Shown in pieces: positions 50,721 through 64,000 of a DNA stretch of 64,000 nucleotides. Within the stretch, counting starts at the first letter, position 1; every line of letters begins with the position of its first letter. A program made the translations under genes and the position numbers. The DNA comes from Felis catus (taxonomy: Eukaryota), in contig NC_058368.1 of NCBI RefSeq assembly GCF_018350175.1, forward strand, positions 111,788,001 through 111,852,000, in the 5' to 3' direction. The notes under the pieces were generated by a model. The model worked only from the letters and a program-made list of their open reading frames with translations, searched no databases and had not been told where the DNA came from.

Positions 50721-51629
50721 CGTTTCAACGTACAGCAATACCAGCTTCCCTGGCCAGCCTGGGCATGGGGTGTACAGGCGGGCATAGTGGAGAAGGTTGA
50801 GTGGGCGGCCTGATCGGGCGGCTGGAGTGCTCAGGCAGGGCCCATGCCATCAGCCAGGGTCCTAGTCCAGGAGTCTGGGCTCATAGGTGGGAAGGTTGTA
50901 TGTGGGAATAGGAGTGGTAGGACATCTAAGTCCCTGAGACCAAAGTCCCTGAGACCAGGGCTAAGGCCAGAAGGCACTTTGGCCAGCATGGCACAGGTGA
51001 TCTGCTTCCATGCATTCTAGGGCTGGGTTTCCCCGTGCTGTGGTCATGGGCCTGCTAGAAGATTTGGAGGCTGTAATTCTGGGACTCTGGGCTGTCTGCC
51101 CTCAGTAAAGTATGGTCACAAGCCCACAGCCGTGGCAGGGACCTTCACCTTGCGACGCTGGGACAGTGTTCAGGGACATCCGAGGCCTCTTCCTCCACGA
51201 TTATAGTGCCTGTGGCATGTGCTGCAGGGCGCATGATGCCCCTGCTCGACTTTGGGTGCCGGGCCCCAGCAGACTCTGGAAGGCAGTCTGGGTGACCCCT
51301 CTAAGCATACTCAAGGGGGCTGTTAGCAAAGGTCTGCATTTACGGGGCAAAAACAGCCTCTCCGAGGGGAAATTTCAGCTGCTCTGTGTCCTGGGTGATC
51401 CTGTTCAAGGTGGGTATTTTTCTGCATATCCCTCAGTTCTGCACTCTGCCGACATGGGGCTCTGGAGTCTCCTTCGGCGTGTGAGGTGGGGGGGGGCGTG
51501 GGAGGGGTGAGTGTCGCTTTGGTGGTAGAGGGATTTGAGGAAGACAGTACCTTCTGTGGAGAGAGCATTTGTGAAACACTTTCTGGAGTTTGACAAAGCA
51601 GCCCGGCTGAGTTGGTTTTTAGGGGTCAG

Positions 51630-51810
51630 GGAAAGGCCAATCTATTTACACACCTTTGCTAAGGAGCATGGCGGGGCAGTGATGGCGGCCGGGATTAATG
51701 AGCAGTTTTATTGCCTCGCCTGTCAGGAGGGTCATGGGATATTATTTTGATATCGGGGGGCCCCCAGAAGCAAACACATCAGGTTAAGTTATAAACAGAA
51801 GAAATGCCAA
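51630..51810. promoter_or_regulatory. Candidate developmental enhancer
   Basis: Clustered GGATTA (bicoid/PITX type), TTTTATTG (posterior HOX type), TGTCA (MEIS) and three forkhead-type sites in unique sequence. Confidence 0.4.
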
Positions 51811-53126
51811 AGGAAAGGTGGCCTCACCCCTGGCCATTGAGCGTTTCCTTTTCTTCTCAGCCAGGGATGGGCCCAGGACCCTCCTCCCACCCCGGTGCTT
51901 TCAGGGGGATCCCTCTGAGGCCGCACCAAAGCCAGTTCCCAAGATAACATTGGCCGGTGGCGCCGGGCCAGGAAAATTAAACATCACGGTTGCTAACGAA
52001 AGGAAACGTCCGGGCCATCCCCCAGCCTCCGCTGCCTCTGACAGAGGGAGTGCCGGCCCACTCAGGGTGAATGATGACACAGCCCGAGTGACATGTTGAG
52101 GAAACTGCCTGAGGACTGCCTGCACCCGGCCCTGACCGGCCCGGTTGGGTCTTCCACCCCTCCGGCCTCGAGATGGGGACCAGGATTGGGACTGCGTGAC
52201 TGGACGAGAGACGGAAGTGACTGCTCATCTCTTGTTTTCTTCTCCTGTCTTCTTGCCTTCTTGCCTTTTCTCTGTCAGGGCAGACTGTAGCTGTGACCAG
52301 ACACAGCCGCCTGACCCTGAACGGGCAGGAGGAATTCTGCCAGATAAACACAGGCACAGATGGACAGCTCCACATGCCGGGGCCAGAGCCAGGGAGCAGG
52401 GGCCATGGCGGATGTGGCTGGCCTGGCTGCACGTGGGGTGCAGGTCTGGGCTCCTTGGCCCCCGGCAGACCCGTAGCTCCCCTGGCTGGCACCGCCAGGC
52501 CTGTGTGCCGTGTGGCCACTTACCATGTATCACCCTGACCTATGAAGTCCTGTCTATGTCTTCTGCTGCACAACCCCAACCCCCACCCCCACCCCCTGCA
52601 ACACTGAGCTAGTGCGCACAGCTCCCTCCCGAGTCCCTGCCCATTTAGCACGCATGTCTCTGGGTCTCCCACTTGGCTGGACAGAGGCAGGGTCTCACCT
52701 GCCTTTGCCCGTTTGAGGCTCTTTTCATAGTAAGTACCCAGTAAATCCCGTTGGCCCCTAGATGGCTTTAACATACATTTCTATTCATCTGTCCTCTAAC
52801 ACGTTCTGTTCATGCTGCCAGGGCTGGCCACACACGACCTGTCTGGAATAGGCAAGAAGGCCTGCCTAACTGCAGCAGAACTTGGGAGTACATACCAAAG
52901 GAGAGGCCACCTTGGAGGTTCAGAGAACATACAATGGGGAGCACTTTGTTTAGTTAGACAACTGGGCTCATGTCCCAGCTCTAGCACTGAGAGCTGTGTG
53001 ACCTTGGGGAATATGCCTCACCTCTCTGTGTTGTAGTTTTCTCGTCTGTAAAATAGGGCTAGTATTACCAACATCACAGGGTTGCCATCCAGCTGAATGG
53101 ATGTAGAGGACTGGGATATGGGTGTG

Positions 53127-53129
<3 letters not shown>

Positions 53130-53164
<35 letters not shown>
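53130..53164 (+). repeat. (CA)n microsatellite
   Basis: Read directly from the sequence. Confidence 0.97.
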
Positions 53165-53167
<3 letters not shown>

Positions 53168-53811
53168 GTTATTACTGTCATATTAGTCCCAGTTGGAGCT
53201 ATGGTGCTGTGTTAGATCTCAGATGCAGGAGGCGGAGGAAATTGTCTGGATTATTGAGGGCAGAGCCCAGCTGCCGAGGGCAAGGGCTGCTCCTCAGGAA
53301 CAGGGAGTGGGGGGTGGCTGTTGTCTATCTAGTGCCACCACCAGATTGCAGGGCTGCACAGCCCCTAGCTTACAGAATAATTTCATTTTTGGTAAATTTC
53401 ACTAACTGCAGCGGCTCTTTTGAATGGAGGCATGTGTGCATTTCAAGTTTTCCTTGCAGTTACACCAAGTTTTCTTTCAAGTAATGAGCTGTTTTCTTTT
53501 TCCCCTGTAAACATGAGGCTGACATCAGAGAACAATTTTTGATCCTGGTTTTAAAAACTAACTGGGTGGTTTAGACATGATGGGAATCCCAGGCAGTTGG
53601 CTGGCTCTCTTTTCTGTTTCACTGAAAAGCATTTCTTCAATGAGCCCACATCTCAGGGGCGAGACGCACTTTGGATTAGTGAAAGTTTAGAAACATTTAG
53701 GTGATTATGGTAAATAATTCACGCAAATCCCGACAACTGCAACTTATTTTGTGTGTGCTGGAGGAAGAGCCTAAGCTGGCTCCCTTTCCTGCATTTGCTT
53801 CCCAGTCCTCT

Positions 53812-53830
53812 TAGCGCCATCTAGTGGAGG
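53812..53830 (-). promoter_or_regulatory. CTCF-binding motif
   Basis: The minus strand reads CCTCCACTAGATGGCGCTA. The core CCACTAGATGGCGC matches the CTCF consensus CCASYAGRKGGCRS at every position, and it lies in non-repeat sequence. Confidence 0.75.
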
Positions 53831-53963
53831 CCCCTTGCTAAATAATAGGATTTGCTCCTGTGGTCCCTTCTTCAAAGTTGAGGAAATGCAATTCACCTAG
53901 AGGCCTTTTAACCCTCGGTTCCTTTTGTGTTTCAGTCTCCAAGTTAGAAACACCACCACGGTG

Positions 53964-54108
53964 GGGGTACCTGGGTGCCTCAGTTGGTTAAACGTCTCTG
54001 CTGTCAGCACAGAGCCCACTTGGGAGCCTCCGTCTTCCTCCTCTCTCTCTGCCCTTCTCCAGCTCGCTCGCTTTCTCTCTCTCTCTCAAAAATAAGCATT
54101 AAAAAAAA
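53964..54108 (+). mobile_element. Internally deleted Can-SINE
   Basis: Head and CT-rich tail with the middle missing or rearranged; flanked by the repeat cacca(c/t)ggt. Confidence 0.8.
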
Positions 54109-55030
54109 TATATCACCATGGTTAACTGGATTTCCTTTTGTTGCTGATAAGAGTGAGCCATCAGGGGCCCTGCACTGTAGTTGTCAGCATCTCTGCATCT
54201 GAGTCTGGTGGTGACTTACTAGTCGTGTGATCACTAGGAAGTTACTTAACTTCTCCCAGCCTCAGTGTTCTCAGCTGCAAAATGCCTTTGAAAACAGGAA
54301 GTGCCCATCGAATTATCCCTGAGGCACAATGAAATTATGCCCCTGAGGGGCTCAAGACAGTGACTGGCACACAGCAAATGATCACCATCCCCAGCTAACA
54401 ATAGCACGGTTTATTTCTCGTTATCCTGCATGCTGAGGATTCTACCTATAGACAAAATGCTCTTGGGTGAATGACTGCACCGTGTGGTTTGTCCGAGCAA
54501 ACACTTTGAAGATACTACTTTTGACCTGATGACATTTTAAGATGCGTCTTGAAAAGACCACAATAGAGTTTTTCTTTCTTTCTTTTTTTTTTTTTTTTAA
54601 TCAAATTCTAATCAAGAAGTAGGAAGTGTAGACTCAGTAGAGATCTTGGGGAAGAAAAGTAAAAGTATTAACAACACCTTACCTTTATGAGAAACTTGGA
54701 AAAAACTGTCTTTCAGGTTTGAGTTAGAAGCAGTTGCCTTTTCATTGAAAAGCATGGTTGTGTGATGGCTTGGGACTTCTATTTTGATTTCATTAGGCAC
54801 AGTTGGGAAAGGAAAACTGATCCTTTATGTTCATCTCTGATATGTGTGTGCTGCATAGTTTCTCCTGGTTAAAGTCTGTTCTAGAAGCAGGCCTATTTCT
54901 TTTTAGAGAGAAACGGACTTCTGTGCATTTTAGGCAGATGTACCTTCTGAAGCAAAGAGTGTCTGTGTTTTGCTGAATTTAGGTAACACAAGGTTTAGCC
55001 ACTGTCGTCCAGCTGGGATCTCCGTAAATA

Positions 55031-55362
55031 CAGCTGACCCTTGAACAAGATGTGTTTGAACTGCACAGGTCCATTTACGCGAGGATTTTTTTTTTGATAA
55101 ATGCAGTATAACACGGTGTATGTATTTTGTCTTCCTTCCGTTTTTCTTAACATTTTCTTTTCTCCAGCTTTCTTTATTGTAGCAATACAGCCTATAATGC
55201 ACGTAACATACAAGATAGGTTAATCGGCTATGTTATTAGCAAGGCTTCCAGTCAGCAGTAGGCTATTGGTAGGTAAGTGTTGGGGGAGTCAAAATTAGAC
55301 TTGGACTTTCAACTGGGCGTGAGTTGGTGCCCCGAACCCCCACCTCGTTCAAGGGTCAGCTG
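55031..55362. mobile_element. Tigger2-family MITE with perfect terminal inverted repeats
   Basis: 16-bp perfect TIR CAGCTGACCCTTGAAC / GTTCAAGGGTCAGCTG, with TA on both sides (55029-55030 and 55363-55364). Confidence 0.9.
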
Positions 55363-55924
55363 TAATCTGCATCACTAAACACCCACAGCTGTGAGAAAGC
55401 ATGTCAAAGCTGGGAGCACATCTCGGGGACCTTGGGAGTGGCACCTTGCCCTTGGAAAGTTTTTGCCCGCAGGGACCCTGTCCTACAGGAACAAGAGGCC
55501 CGACCCGGCTCCGGCAGAAGTCTCCAGGCTTCGCCAGCTCCATGTGGCAAGTGGCCCGGAGACACTGGGCCCGTCCATGAACCAGAGAGACTGTCAGGAG
55601 GGGGCAGACGGGAGGAGAGATCTGGGCTCAGATTCTGAAGATCTGGGCTCAAGTACCAGTCTGCCACTTACCACCCACATGGCTTTCAGTATACCTGCTT
55701 CCTCACCTGTGAAATGGGGAGAACGCCCTTGCCCGAGTGTCACAAGGATGGAAGGAGAGACTTTAAATAAGCTCCCCCTACCAGTCATTAGGGCCTGAGG
55801 ATGCTCCTGTGTCCAGGCAGCGGTGGCCCTGTGGTGGCTCTGGGGGCAGCTGCTCTCGTCCCCCATCCTGTGACAGGAGAAGTCCACCTAGGGCTCAAGG
55901 GCACAGTAACTTGAAACAAGCCAG

Positions 55925-56521
55925 TCACCACAGCAATTTAACATTTTACTAAATCGATTCACACAAATTCCAAATCGCAAATATAATTAAGGACAACAGA
56001 TTCTGTTCTGCCTTTTAAATCTTTCATTTTCAAATCCATCATTAAGACAAAAAGTAAACAAAAATGAAGTCTGCTGCAAATTCATGATCTTTCTTCTTGA
56101 GGAAAAAAAAGGAACATTAGAGTAAAAAGAACGCCACTGGGTGTACAATAAAGCACCACGACACACGGTTACAAAACAGGCTTCCTGGATTCGGCCACAC
56201 GTAGAAGACACTGCTCTCCCCGCTGTTCTGCGTCAAGCAGGATTTCATTAAAATAAACTATAAAATCTCCTAGGTTACACTAAAGTCAGACACGGTCTGG
56301 AACACAGTGCTTAACAACAGTAATGCCAACTATCAGTGCTAACGTAAAAACATTTTAGAAGGTCAAAAACAATTAAACTGGAAACCAAAACCTTATCTTC
56401 CCTAGATGAGCAAAACTGGAAATGAAAGGGTTCCGCCTCCCAACAGGCGTGAAGGGGATTTTTCTTTCTTTCTTTCAGATCGGAGGCGGGGGCGCGGCGC
56501 AGGCTGCTTCTGTACTTCAGC
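55925..56521 (-). other. MACROH2A1: 3' UTR of MACROH2A1 (3' end approximate)
   Basis: A repeat-free, U-rich (sense) stretch directly after the stop codon. It ends near the variant poly(A) hexamer AGTAAA, which is followed by GU-rich sequence. Confidence 0.75.
55945..55950 (-). promoter_or_regulatory. Candidate polyadenylation signal (AGTAAA variant)
   Basis: The sense strand reads ...GATTTAGTAAAATGTTAAATTGCTGTGGTGACTGGCTTGTTTC, with a GU-rich element downstream. I saw no sense AATAAA or ATTAAA between the stop codon and this site. Confidence 0.6.

Positions 56522-64000
<7,479 letters not shown>

Noticed and set aside
52755..52768. Plus-strand CTCF-like CCCCTAGATGGCTT (also CCAGCAGGTGGGGC near 58190)
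   Set aside because: Mismatches at informative positions; not supportable without PWM or ChIP data.
56142..56257. Plus-strand AATAAA hexamers (56147, 56252) as ends of an antisense transcript
   Set aside because: They are readily explained as U-rich tracts of the sense 3' UTR, and the sequence gives no exon evidence for an antisense RNA.

Overview
This is mammalian genomic DNA, almost certainly from a felid. It holds many tRNA-derived Can-SINEs, including near-identical young cat-type copies, plus carnivore-type L1 3' ends. The only protein-coding sequence I can support is the last coding exon and 3' UTR of MACROH2A1 (H2AFY, macroH2A1) on the minus strand at about 55.9-56.7 kb. The rest of the window to 64 kb is its last intron, and the preceding exon is not in the window. 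Bases 1-23.4 kb are an AT-rich pile of nested L1, MaLR, Tigger and SINE fragments. Bases 24-56 kb are GC-richer, with MIR/L2 relics, several repeat-free patches dense in developmental transcription-factor motifs, and one near-consensus CTCF site about 2 kb past the gene's 3' end. In human and mouse, the region 3' of H2AFY is the gene desert carrying PITX1 regulatory elements; synteny here is inferred, not shown. I see no evidence of a new multi-gene system, and the other ORFs in the track look spurious. The best leads are the CTCF site with its candidate enhancer cluster, a helically phased triple MEIS-type site, a probable L1 3' transduction, a locally templated L1 insertion, and a possible transposon-donated poly(A) signal. 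Repeat family names come from recalled consensus similarity, and repeat boundaries are approximate.
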